Below the pieces are notes generated by a model. That model had not been told where the DNA came from. It was given only the letters and a program-made list of their open reading frames with translations, and did no database searches. This document shows positions 1-8,974 of a stretch of DNA of 64,000 bases, one piece after another (position 1 is the stretch's first letter; each line of letters begins with the position of its first letter). Where the stretch lies: positions 1,119-65,118 of the forward strand of contig JARLIE010000165.1 in NCBI GenBank assembly GCA_031291875.1, given 5' to 3'. Position numbers and translations under genes: made by a program. The stretch is from Minisyncoccota bacterium. Its GTDB lineage: Bacteria; Patescibacteriota; Minisyncoccia; Phycocordibacterales; UBA2100.

Positions 1-610
1 CTTGCGATCCGCCCATAATGAAAACAACGGGCGCGCTCTGGTCGAGCTTGAGGAATTCATACCCGCCTTCTTTGGTAGGCGCTTCGATTTCCTTGCGGAT
101 CGGGTGCCCTGTTTGTGCGATGCGATCTCGAACGCGCTCAGGGAATTTTACCGCTGCTTCTGGATGCGCAACGGCGATCCACCTCGCAAACTTCGCCGAC
201 CAAAGAGAAACACGGCCGGGTGTCGCGTCGGCGTCGTAAATCGCGACGGGGATCTTCAGCAATCGAGCGGCATAGAGTGTTGGAAATGCCGCATAGCCGC
301 CCGTCGAAAAAATAATATCCGGATATAGGCCAAAGAGTTGGAAGGTCGCTCGAATGATGCCGAAAAAGGTAGCGACCATACCGAATACGTTGCCGATGCT
401 TCGGTCGCGGTGCATTTTTCCAGCGGCTGACGGCAGGTACTGAATATCGTGTTCGAGCAACGCTCGTTCGTCGAACGGTGTCGGACCCAAATAGTACAGC
501 TCCGGTTCGAGAAGTTTACGTTCGGTGCAGAGGTCTTGGATCGCTTCCGAGACGGCGATCAACGGATAAAAATGTCCGCCTGTTCCCCCGCCTACGAGCA
601 CGATCTTCAT
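1..610 (-). CDS. murG: UDP-GlcNAc:lipid I N-acetylglucosaminyltransferase MurG. Partial: the C-terminus runs off the window start.
   Basis: Reverse-strand translation from the ATG at 610 gives MKIVLVGGGTGGHFYPLIAVSEA..., the classic MurG glycine-rich N-terminus. The ORF is open to position 1. Confidence 0.85.
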   Translation of the reverse strand, partial: MKIVLVGGGTGGHFYPLIAVSEAIQDLCTERKLLEPELYYLGPTPFDERALLEHDIQYLPSAAGKMHRDRSIGNVFGMVATFFGIIRATFQLFGLYPDIIFSTGGYAAFPTLYAARLLKIPVAIYDADATPGRVSLWSAKFARWIAVAHPEAAVKFPERVRDRIAQTGHPIRKEIEAPTKEGGYEFLKLDQSAPVVFIMGGSQ

Positions 611-634
611 GCGTTCATTGTAGCGCTAAAAACC

Positions 635-1750
635 TCAATTTCCAGCGCCTTTTGTCTTCCCTTGTCGAGAAATGCTCAGGAGGATACCGGCGCTCGCGAG
701 TGAGGCGAGCATGGCGCTCCCGCCCTGGGAGACGAACGTGAGCGGGATACCGGTAAGTGGGGCGACGCCCAGCATTGATGCAATATTGAAGAACGCTTCG
801 AAGGTAAGGTACGTGGATATGCCGATACCCAAAAGTGTACCGAACATGTCCGGCGCATGGGCTGCAATGTAAAATCCACGCAAGCAAAATAGTAGGAACA
901 CGATAATAAGCGCGGTGCAGCCGACAAAGCCAAGTTCCTCACCCGCAACTGCGAAGATAGAGTCGCCCATCGGCTCGGGAAGATAGGTGAATTTTTGCAC
1001 GCCTTGCCCCCACCCTCGACCAAAAAATTCTCCTGAACCAATCGCGATTAGGGACTGTTTGATCTGATAGCCTTGCGTCGTCTGGCCCGTTGAAGGGTCG
1101 ATAAACGTATTTACGCGAGCGCGGATGTACGGAGTCGTAACGAAAAGGATTGCGAGTACCGCCGCAGCGCCGACGGCGACCGTCAACAGATGCAAGGGTT
1201 TTGCGCCGGCAACCCAAAAGACGGCAAATACGGCTGCGCAAAGGATCCCAAGCGTACCGATGTCCGGTTGCGCGACCAAAATGAGTGATGGTAATGCAAT
1301 GATTGCCGCGAATCCACCGAGGCCCCATTGCCAGGTACCCACCTTTGAACGCATGGCGGTAAAGTACGCTGCGGCCATCATGACGGACCCTATTTTCATC
1401 GCCTCAGAAGGTTGGAGATTGATGGGACCCACGACGATCCATCTCCTACCGCCCAAGAGTGTGGCACCCACGTGCGGCACGAAGACTAAGGCGGTCAGAA
1501 AAACAGAGAAACCAAATACGTACGGCGCGTAGCGCCTCCAGATTCGATAGTCGATCACTGCGCAAAAGATGAGCGCGACCAATCCGGCTCCAACGCCTAG
1601 TACGAGGTGGTTGAATACAACGGAAGAGATATTGCTTTGGCCACGCGCGAGCAAGCCGAAAGCCGCCGAGGCAAAAATAAGACAGCCGCCGATCAATAAG
1701 ACAACGAGCAAGAGTACCAACACTTTGTCCACGCGAAATGCTTTCTTCAC
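635..1750 (-). CDS. ftsW: SEDS-family lipid II flippase / peptidoglycan glycosyltransferase (FtsW/RodA).
   Basis: 371 aa polytopic membrane protein. FtsW/RodA-like conserved regions are present (e.g. ...GSGEFFGRGWGQG... and ...FVSQGGSAMLASL...). It sits between mraY and murG as in dcw clusters. Confidence 0.85.
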   Translation of the reverse strand: MKKAFRVDKVLVLLLVVLLIGGCLIFASAAFGLLARGQSNISSVVFNHLVLGVGAGLVALIFCAVIDYRIWRRYAPYVFGFSVFLTALVFVPHVGATLLGGRRWIVVGPINLQPSEAMKIGSVMMAAAYFTAMRSKVGTWQWGLGGFAAIIALPSLILVAQPDIGTLGILCAAVFAVFWVAGAKPLHLLTVAVGAAAVLAILFVTTPYIRARVNTFIDPSTGQTTQGYQIKQSLIAIGSGEFFGRGWGQGVQKFTYLPEPMGDSIFAVAGEELGFVGCTALIIVFLLFCLRGFYIAAHAPDMFGTLLGIGISTYLTFEAFFNIASMLGVAPLTGIPLTFVSQGGSAMLASLASAGILLSISRQGKTKGAGN

Positions 1751-1754
1751 AGTG

Positions 1755-2819
1755 TTATTTTACTGCCAGGATTGCGAGCAGGACGCCGGCAAACGCAAGA
1801 ATGATGGAAAGTACCCAGTAGCGCATGACTACTTTGTAGCCAGGCCAGCCGAGCGCCTCGAAATGATGATGGAGTGGTGCGATTTTGAGCAGTTTGCGAT
1901 GAAAAACGCGCTTCCAGATGATCTGCAAGACGTCGGAAAGAACGGTAATAACCAGAAGACCACCAATAATGGGAAGCACGGCTACTCCCACGCCCGAGGC
2001 GAGCTGGTCGGTCATGAAAGCGATCGAACCGAGCGCGAGGGTAAGTGCCATCGTGCCGGTATCGCTCATATAGAAACGCGCGGGCGGAATGTTAAACCAC
2101 AGGAATGCCAAAAGGCCGCCGACGGTTGCCGCGCAAAATGCCGCGAGATCGATTTGGCCGTAATCGTACGCGATGATTGCGTAGGCGCCGAAAATCGAGG
2201 CGAAAACACCGCCGGAGAGTCCGTCGATGCCGTCGATCACGCCCGAGGCGTACAAGCATAGCGAGATGAACATAAAAACAGGCACGATCCCCCAGCCGAG
2301 TGCAAGCGGGGCGGAAAACGGAATATCAATCGTCGTTACGCCGAGTTTTGCCCAAAACCACCACCCGATGAAAAACGAAAGCAGGCACACGATCAAGAGC
2401 CGATAGCGAAGTTGGATACCGCTCCCCTGGGGTCTGATAACAAGGATGTCGTCGATAAGGCCCACGCCGGCGCCGATTAAGAGCGAGGCGAACGGAATCC
2501 ATGTTTCGTTGCGGCTGAGAAAGTTGAGGCTCATGAGGCCGGAGCTTTTAAGAATGAGCGCGAGTGAGGCGATCAAAACCGTAGTGATAGTAATGCTCGC
2601 CCAAACTATAATTCCTCCCATGCGCGGTGCACGGGTCTCATTGACCTGGTGGAGTCGATTGAATTCTTCTGCTGTCTTGCCGTCGAGTGCTCGTTTGCCC
2701 GCCGTCTTCTTCCAAGCTTTGTATTCGTAGAGATAGTGCGAGAGTATGGGTGTCATCGCGATACCGATCAAGAAGGAGAAGGTTGCCGGGAGCAGCACTC
2801 GTTCAAGCTCGGAAAACAT
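1755..2819 (-). CDS. mraY: Phospho-N-acetylmuramoyl-pentapeptide transferase MraY.
   Basis: 354 aa membrane protein with DGIDGL and HHHFE motifs. dcw cluster context. Confidence 0.9.
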   Translation of the reverse strand: MFSELERVLLPATFSFLIGIAMTPILSHYLYEYKAWKKTAGKRALDGKTAEEFNRLHQVNETRAPRMGGIIVWASITITTVLIASLALILKSSGLMSLNFLSRNETWIPFASLLIGAGVGLIDDILVIRPQGSGIQLRYRLLIVCLLSFFIGWWFWAKLGVTTIDIPFSAPLALGWGIVPVFMFISLCLYASGVIDGIDGLSGGVFASIFGAYAIIAYDYGQIDLAAFCAATVGGLLAFLWFNIPPARFYMSDTGTMALTLALGSIAFMTDQLASGVGVAVLPIIGGLLVITVLSDVLQIIWKRVFHRKLLKIAPLHHHFEALGWPGYKVVMRYWVLSIILAFAGVLLAILAVK

Positions 2820-2833
2820 GGCTTTATTGTACC

Positions 2834-3823
2834 CTATTTCCCCTGCTGTACTGCTTCTTGGGCAGCGGGAATCAGCTGCTCCATATCCGTGAAGCGACCA
2901 TCTTGCGTTGAGCCTAATACAATAGCTACCACCTCATGGCCGCCGGTCGTAAAGACGATCGCGAGATTGCCTCCTGCGAGATCGGTGTATCCCGTTTTGC
3001 CCATTATGATTCCCGGAATTTTATCGAGCACGGTGTCGGTATTGACCCCTGTCGCTACAGTGCCCGTTGTTGAGCGAACGGTCACTTGCGGTTGCGCGGT
3101 TGCTCCGAACGTGCCCGGCGAGGTCGTCGCTGCATAACCGTAGAGGATTGCCATATCGTGCGCGGAACCGTATGCACCGGATTGGGTCGTGGAGAGATCG
3201 AGGCCGCTGTCATTCAAAAAATACGTATTCGTAAGTCCGAGCTGCTGGGCGATGTTGTTCATGCGCCAAACAGTGGCGTTTTGCTGCGGAGATTGCGGGA
3301 ATTGCTGGTGGATGGTGTCGTTGGCAGACGAGGCGAGCAGATCCGCACCGTCGTCGGACGAGGCGGTAAGGGTGAAGCTAATGACATCGCTAAGCGCCCA
3401 CGTTTGTCCGGCCGGTAAGCGAGCGGTGCCTCCACCTGGCGGCGCGTCGTATTTTGCCGGTGTCGCTATCAGAGTGTCAGGTTGCAACGCACCACTCACC
3501 GCAAGGACAAGCGCGACCTTGGTGAGCGACGCGAGCGGGAGCTGCGCATTCGCATTTTGCGAGTACAGGTCTTTGCCCGTCGTGAGGTCGAGCACGTACG
3601 CGCTCTTTGCGATGAGGGTGGTTGAAGCAAATGGATCGGGTTGTTCTTGCGTTTCAATCACCGACGCAGTTTGCGCGGGAGACGGGGCAGGATAGATGAA
3701 TCCGGCGAAGGAATAGGCACAAAAAAACGCTATCGCACCGAGAGAAAGTACCGCAACGGCAGCGCCAGCGAGGCGCAATGAGTCAGTTTCCTTCCGGTTC
3801 TCGTGCGGTTGTTGAGTTTCCAT
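2834..3823 (-). CDS. D-alanyl-D-alanine carboxypeptidase (peptidase S11, PBP5/6-like).
   Basis: SLTK active-site motif (LASLTKVALVL) follows an N-terminal transmembrane anchor. The ORF extends to 3889, but the upstream part overlaps scpB, so the internal Met at 3823 is preferred. Confidence 0.7.
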   Translation of the reverse strand: METQQPHENRKETDSLRLAGAAVAVLSLGAIAFFCAYSFAGFIYPAPSPAQTASVIETQEQPDPFASTTLIAKSAYVLDLTTGKDLYSQNANAQLPLASLTKVALVLAVSGALQPDTLIATPAKYDAPPGGGTARLPAGQTWALSDVISFTLTASSDDGADLLASSANDTIHQQFPQSPQQNATVWRMNNIAQQLGLTNTYFLNDSGLDLSTTQSGAYGSAHDMAILYGYAATTSPGTFGATAQPQVTVRSTTGTVATGVNTDTVLDKIPGIIMGKTGYTDLAGGNLAIVFTTGGHEVVAIVLGSTQDGRFTDMEQLIPAAQEAVQQGK

Positions 3824-4379
3824 GGCCAAACGGCTCGCTCGCCTTCTGTGCTTGTTCGAACGAAGCCAATTCGCCGCGGATTGTATCATATTCTGGCAAT
3901 CCCTGCGCGGAGGTTACGCCCAAATAAGCGAGCAATTCAGCCGTGGGACGGTAGAGGTATTCTCGCGCATCGTCCGGGTTGCCGGCGCGCTCAAGAAGGC
4001 CACGGGCAAGCAAATTGCGAACAGAGGTCGAGGAGTTAACGCCGCGGACATAGTCGATTTGCGCACGGGTCGATGGGCCGCGATACAAAATAATCGCGAG
4101 CACCTCAAGACCCGCCTCCCCTATTTCTTTACCGAGTTCCTTTTGGAAAGCCTTTTCGAGGGATTCGTGCGCCGCCGGCGCGACGGCAAGCGCGATTTCC
4201 GTATCAGTGGTAATCACAGTAATACCTCGTCCCGCAACAGCATCTCGTAAAGTCGTGACGGCAACGTCGAGCTCTTCCGGCTTACATTCTAGAAGCTGGA
4301 GTAATTTCTTTCTCGAGAGCGAACCTCCCTCTGCAAAAAGAAAAGCTTCGAGCTTGATCGCAAGTTCTGAGGTGTTCAT
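3783..4379 (-). CDS. scpB: Segregation and condensation protein B (ScpB).
   Basis: 198 aa with tandem winged-helix ScpB-like sequence (LEAFLFAEGGSLSRKKL ...). It overlaps scpA by 4 nt. Confidence 0.8.
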   Translation of the reverse strand: MNTSELAIKLEAFLFAEGGSLSRKKLLQLLECKPEELDVAVTTLRDAVAGRGITVITTDTEIALAVAPAAHESLEKAFQKELGKEIGEAGLEVLAIILYRGPSTRAQIDYVRGVNSSTSVRNLLARGLLERAGNPDDAREYLYRPTAELLAYLGVTSAQGLPEYDTIRGELASFEQAQKASEPFGHGNSTTAREPEGN

Positions 4380-5116
4380 ACGCCGAATTTTGGAACGCCG
4401 GAGACGTTCTCGAGTTCTATTGTAATATCACTGAATAATTTTTCCTGTGTGACACTTGCGTTGCCGTGACGCACGAGCTCCAGCATGGCCAAGAAGTGCA
4501 CGATCCGTGATTCCTTGTCAGCGCCGTGCGTGAGTTCGCTGAATCGGGTCCTAAATGCGCGCTCGAGACGAGTTTTCAAACTTTCGATTACATCTTCAAG
4601 GGCCAAAACGGGGGCGATGGCTGCCTGTATGAGGGCATCTGGTTTGGGCAATGTATTCAAAATTCTGCGTGCCGCAGAAAGCACTGTTGCGAGCGAGGTT
4701 TCCGACGGTGTAAAAACCGGCTGCCGATCCGGCGCTCGCTTGGGCAGTATGAGCGGCACCCTGCCCCACTCCTTGCGCAACGCCTTTGCCGCTTTACGGA
4801 AAATCGCGTACTGCGCGAGACGTCGTTCGAGTTCTTCCACCGACTCACGCTCCTCTTGTGAGAGCTCAAGAGTGGGCAGAAGCGTTCGGGATTTGATAAG
4901 GAGCAGTGTCGAGGCGACGAGAATAAACTGAGCGGTTTCGCCGAGCGGCAGCTCAGGAAGATTTTCAACGTATGCGAGGTATGCGTCGCAAACTTGCGAG
5001 AGTGAGATTTCGGACACCGGCATCTTTCTCTCCTCGATCAGGTTGAGTAGCGCTTCGAGCGGTCCTTGAAATTTTTCCGTTGCGAGCTCAAACCTGCCCG
5101 CGAAGTTTTCGGTCAT
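4376..5116 (-). CDS. scpA: Segregation and condensation protein A (ScpA, kleisin).
   Basis: 246 aa ScpA-like protein immediately upstream of scpB. Confidence 0.8.
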   Translation of the reverse strand: MTENFAGRFELATEKFQGPLEALLNLIEERKMPVSEISLSQVCDAYLAYVENLPELPLGETAQFILVASTLLLIKSRTLLPTLELSQEERESVEELERRLAQYAIFRKAAKALRKEWGRVPLILPKRAPDRQPVFTPSETSLATVLSAARRILNTLPKPDALIQAAIAPVLALEDVIESLKTRLERAFRTRFSELTHGADKESRIVHFLAMLELVRHGNASVTQEKLFSDITIELENVSGVPKFGV

Positions 5117-6444
5117 GCGTCGGTTCGATTTTCCGAAAGCGGGTAATCGATTCGGTTCATATCGCGTGGGAACATCGTCGCTTCACGAATGTTTTTGAGA
5201 CCGAGAATTTGCATCGTCATGCGCTCTGCGCCGAAGGCAAACCCACCTTCCGGCGGTACCCCGTAGCGAAACGCTTCGAGGAACATAGCGATCTTTTGGG
5301 GATCCATGTTCCAGAGCTGGACGTGCTCCATAAGTTGCTCGTAGTCGTTAATGCGACGGCCGCCCGAGAGCCACTCCACGCCTCGGCATAAAAGGTCCAT
5401 ACCTTCGTTAAACTCAGGCTGCTCGGGATTCGGATACACATAGAAGGGTTTCTGACGCGTCGGGTAGCCATAGACGTAGACGAAGTCCGAACCCGTTTCC
5501 TCTTTTACAAGCTCGCACAACCGACGCTCCTGTTCGGGATTCAGATCTTTGTCTTCAGGGACGCCAAGTTTTTGAAAAACTTCCGTGAGCGAATAGGTCG
5601 GGGTCTTCTCGAGCATTACCGGCACCGTTGTGCCAAGGAACTCGAGTTCTTTTGCACACTGCTCACTTACTCTCTGGAGGATAAAGCGCACGGTGGCTTC
5701 GGACATATCGCGCACATCGGTCCATGAATCGATGAAGCCCATTTCGGCGTCGAGCGAAACGATTTCCGTGAGGTGGCGGGTCGTTGTGCTCGGCTCCGCG
5801 CGAAAAACTTTGTTGACTGAAAATACGCGCTCGAACGCGGTCATAACGATCTGCTTGTAGAGCTGCGGAGATTGCGTGAGGTATGCCTTTTTGTCGAAGT
5901 ACTCTACCTGGAATACTTCCGCACCTCCTTCTGCGGTTGCTGGCGCTATCGCCGGGGCTTGGAATTCGAAGAAGCCTTCTTTCTTCATAAATTCCCGGAA
6001 CGAATCTATGATGACGGCCTGTACCTTGAAGATTGCCTGGAAGCGCGGGTGTCGCAGTGTCAGTGCGCGGTGGTCGAGCTCGGTGGGAAGATCAAGGTTG
6101 AAACCGTCGACCGACATGTCGAACGGAAGCGGCTCTGCCTTGGCGAGCACAGTGATCGAATCGATCGCGAGTTCAATATCTCCGTTTTCAACTTTCGCGT
6201 TTACGTTTTTCTCCGGTCGCGTGTTCACTATACCCTCGATCGAAAGCACGTATTCGACGCGAATATCCTTTGCACTTTCAAACGCGCCGCTTTTGGGTGG
6301 TACAACGGTTTGAATCGTGCCGCTGCGGTCGCGGATATCAAAAAAGACGAGCTTGCCCTGATCGCGACGAACGCTGACCCAGCCCTTGATCGTGACGCTT
6401 TCGCCGAGGTGCTGCTTGAGATCTTTAATGAGTGTTCTTTGCAT
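5113..6444 (-). CDS. aspS: Aspartyl-tRNA synthetase, archaeal/eukaryotic type (class IIb). Possibly non-discriminating.
   Basis: 443 aa with an N-terminal OB fold. Motifs: GGAEVFQVEYFDKKAYLTQSPQLYKQ and FRAEPSTTTRHLTEI. The length is typical of archaeal-type AspRS rather than the bacterial ~590 aa type. Confidence 0.75.
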   Translation of the reverse strand: MQRTLIKDLKQHLGESVTIKGWVSVRRDQGKLVFFDIRDRSGTIQTVVPPKSGAFESAKDIRVEYVLSIEGIVNTRPEKNVNAKVENGDIELAIDSITVLAKAEPLPFDMSVDGFNLDLPTELDHRALTLRHPRFQAIFKVQAVIIDSFREFMKKEGFFEFQAPAIAPATAEGGAEVFQVEYFDKKAYLTQSPQLYKQIVMTAFERVFSVNKVFRAEPSTTTRHLTEIVSLDAEMGFIDSWTDVRDMSEATVRFILQRVSEQCAKELEFLGTTVPVMLEKTPTYSLTEVFQKLGVPEDKDLNPEQERRLCELVKEETGSDFVYVYGYPTRQKPFYVYPNPEQPEFNEGMDLLCRGVEWLSGGRRINDYEQLMEHVQLWNMDPQKIAMFLEAFRYGVPPEGGFAFGAERMTMQILGLKNIREATMFPRDMNRIDYPLSENRTDA

Positions 6445-6445
6445 A

Positions 6446-7393
6446 CTAGTCGTTGAACGAGACGCCGATTTTTTGGCGTACGTCTTTCATTTTTGCCGAT
6501 GCGAGTTCGCGCGCTTTCTCGCTCCCCTCTTTTAGAACGCGAATAACCGTCTCATCCGATATGTTCGCGCGTCTCTCACGAATCGGCGCAACAAACGCCT
6601 CAATGTCCGCAATGAGCGCTTCTTTGCTGGCCTTGTAGTTGCCCTTATTCGCGGTGTACACAGGCGCGAGCTCTTCTCGGCTCTTGAAAAGCAAGTGGAT
6701 ATTGTAAACGTTGCTCGGGCTCTCGCCGCCGGAGTCGGTGATGATCGCCATAACCGCTTTTGTGATCTCGTCTTTTGTCGCAAAAAGCGGAATCGTATTG
6801 CCGTAACTCTTACTCATCTTTCTGCCGTCGGTGCCCGGCACCACGGCGACATCTTTTTGGATCATCTCTTTGGGCTCTTTGAACGTTTCGCCGAATGTCG
6901 TATTGAATTTATGTGCGATTTCACGGGCATATTCGATGTGCTGTCGTTGGTCTTCACCGACCGGGACGACGTCGGTATCGTAGAGAACGATGTCCGCCGC
7001 CATAAGTGTCGGATAGGTAAAGAGTCCGACAGTCGCTTCTTTTCCTTTTCCCGCCGTATCTTTGTACGCGTGTCCAAGTTCGAGTAGTGACATCGGGATG
7101 ATGGCGTTGAAGATCCACGAAAGTTCTGTGTGTTCGGAAACGTCGGATTGCTTGAATATCACGGCCTTTCTCGGGTCTACGCCGACGGCGAGGTAATCCC
7201 TCACGATGTCGATCGTGTTTTCGTGCATGAGCTTAGGGTCGCGGACGGTCGTGAGCGCGTGATAATCCACGGCGCATAGGAAACTCTCGTAGTCTTCATA
7301 CAAGTCCAAAAAGAGCTTCAGCGCGCCAAAATAGTTACCGATGTGAAGGGTACCCGAAGGCTGCAAGCCCGTAAAAAGCCGTTTTCGCGCCAT
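6446..7393 (-). CDS. trpS: Tryptophanyl-tRNA synthetase.
   Basis: N-terminal TGLQPSGTLHIGNY (HIGH region) and KMSKS motif. 315 aa. Confidence 0.9.
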   Translation of the reverse strand: MARKRLFTGLQPSGTLHIGNYFGALKLFLDLYEDYESFLCAVDYHALTTVRDPKLMHENTIDIVRDYLAVGVDPRKAVIFKQSDVSEHTELSWIFNAIIPMSLLELGHAYKDTAGKGKEATVGLFTYPTLMAADIVLYDTDVVPVGEDQRQHIEYAREIAHKFNTTFGETFKEPKEMIQKDVAVVPGTDGRKMSKSYGNTIPLFATKDEITKAVMAIITDSGGESPSNVYNIHLLFKSREELAPVYTANKGNYKASKEALIADIEAFVAPIRERRANISDETVIRVLKEGSEKARELASAKMKDVRQKIGVSFND

Positions 7394-7402
7394 ATTTCAC
7401 CA

Positions 7403-8974
7403 CTATACCGTATGAAGCTCGATTATGAAACGAGATCCCTTGTCCTTACCGTCGGATTCCGCCCAGATTTTGCCGCCCATGCCTTCGATGAAGGTTTTGG
7501 CTAAGTAGAGGCCCAAGCCAGTCCCTAAGAGGTTCATCTTTTGTGCATCAGCTCGCGAGAACTTTTGAAAAAGATTCGAAATGGTTTCCTGCGGAATGCC
7601 CACGCCGGTGTCCGCAACCACAACCCGTGCCATGCCATTGCGCTTTTCGATCGAGACAGTGACACCGCCCGATTTGGTGTATTTAGTGGAATTGTCGATC
7701 AGGTTGCCGACTACTTCACGGAGTTTCGCTTCGTCGGCGTAGGTCATAAGCCCTGGGAAATCTATTTTGACGTCGAGACCCAGCCCTTTTTCGCGCGCGT
7801 GCGCCTTAAAGCCTTCGCCGATGCTCGCGATGGTTTTGCCGAGATCGATTGCGGCGACGTTGTAAGAAATTTGCCCGAGCTCGAGCTTGGATTTGTTGAG
7901 GAATTCTGAAATCAGCGAAAGCACGGTGTCGCCGTTGACCTGGATCTTTTCGGCGATGTCGCGCACTTGGTCGCTCACCTCCCCTGCGGTACCGTCGGCA
8001 AGAAGCGACGCATAGCCGCGCATCGCGGTAATTGGATTGCGGATTTCATGCGAAGCGAAGGACATGAATTCCGATTTTTCGTTGGACAGCCGTTCGATTT
8101 CTTCGCGCTGCTCCACCTCTTTGACGACACTGCGAACCATGAGCACGGAAAACGCGAGCACGAGACAAAAGACGCTCGCGTGGAAAAGTATTTGGGTGCC
8201 GCCAGTGGAGAGTACGACTTCAAGGAGGGTTGCGACGGAAAGCAGGAACGCCACGACCTCGGTCGCAAGTACTTTTACGTTGAGGAGGTGGTAGCGGAAT
8301 ATCGCATAAGCGGTGCAGGCAATAAGCGGGAAAATAAACAGTGCGGAAAGCGGCAAAAAGCGCGCGTCGTTGAATCCGGCAGGCAGAATGATATTGAAGG
8401 TGACGATGCACAGGAACGTGAGAAGTGTTCCGATACACATCATCAAAACTTGTCGTCGCTCGACGTCTTTGCTATTGACGACTTTGCGCACCAAAGTGAC
8501 GATGCCGGCGATAATAAATGCAAGGACAAGGATAGCGAAGAGCGCGATGCCCGGGCCATTTTGAATTTGTGTCACGACACCGGTAGCCGAGGTTGCTTGT
8601 ACCTGATCGAAAACCAGTGGCGTGAGTGTGAGTAGCGAAGTCAGCGCAACGATCGGTATGAGCACGAATTTGTAGGTTTTCGAAAACGGCACTTGGGATT
8701 CGGGAAATACATAGCACAGTTGAAAGAACGTGAACGCGTGCCAACAACCAATGAAAATGATTGCACGTACGATCCAAAGCCCGATGAGAGACGGCGTCGA
8801 TTGGTATTGTGCGTAATTCGCTGCACTCCAGAGGATTGTAATTAGCGAGAATGCGAGAAACGTGCGATTCGTGATACTGGCCTGGTTGTTGAAATAAATC
8901 GTAAAACCTAACAGGCCGATGCCGGCGGCGGTGATCCCCACCGAAAGAAGATCGAGATTGAATGCGAATATCAT
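7403..8974 (-). CDS. Sensor histidine kinase with a polytopic (about 8 TM) N-terminal sensor domain. No adjacent response regulator.
   Basis: H-box FASHEIRNPITAMRGYASLL and a C-terminal HATPase_c region (GGVTVSIEKRNG...DTGVGIP...GTGLGL). The ORF extends to 9073; the Met at 8974 gives a 4-nt overlap with the upstream gene. Confidence 0.85.
   Translation of the reverse strand: MIFAFNLDLLSVGITAAGIGLLGFTIYFNNQASITNRTFLAFSLITILWSAANYAQYQSTPSLIGLWIVRAIIFIGCWHAFTFFQLCYVFPESQVPFSKTYKFVLIPIVALTSLLTLTPLVFDQVQATSATGVVTQIQNGPGIALFAILVLAFIIAGIVTLVRKVVNSKDVERRQVLMMCIGTLLTFLCIVTFNIILPAGFNDARFLPLSALFIFPLIACTAYAIFRYHLLNVKVLATEVVAFLLSVATLLEVVLSTGGTQILFHASVFCLVLAFSVLMVRSVVKEVEQREEIERLSNEKSEFMSFASHEIRNPITAMRGYASLLADGTAGEVSDQVRDIAEKIQVNGDTVLSLISEFLNKSKLELGQISYNVAAIDLGKTIASIGEGFKAHAREKGLGLDVKIDFPGLMTYADEAKLREVVGNLIDNSTKYTKSGGVTVSIEKRNGMARVVVADTGVGIPQETISNLFQKFSRADAQKMNLLGTGLGLYLAKTFIEGMGGKIWAESDGKDKGSRFIIELHTV

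Noticed and set aside
3824-3889. Long N-terminal extensions on several ORFs. The same applies to 8975..9073, 13705..13836, 31033..31194, 32521..32613, 57787..57987 and 62446..62538.
   Set aside because: Each extension overlaps the upstream gene. An internal Met gives the characteristic 4-nt ATGA overlap and a protein N-terminus matching the family, so the shorter starts were preferred.
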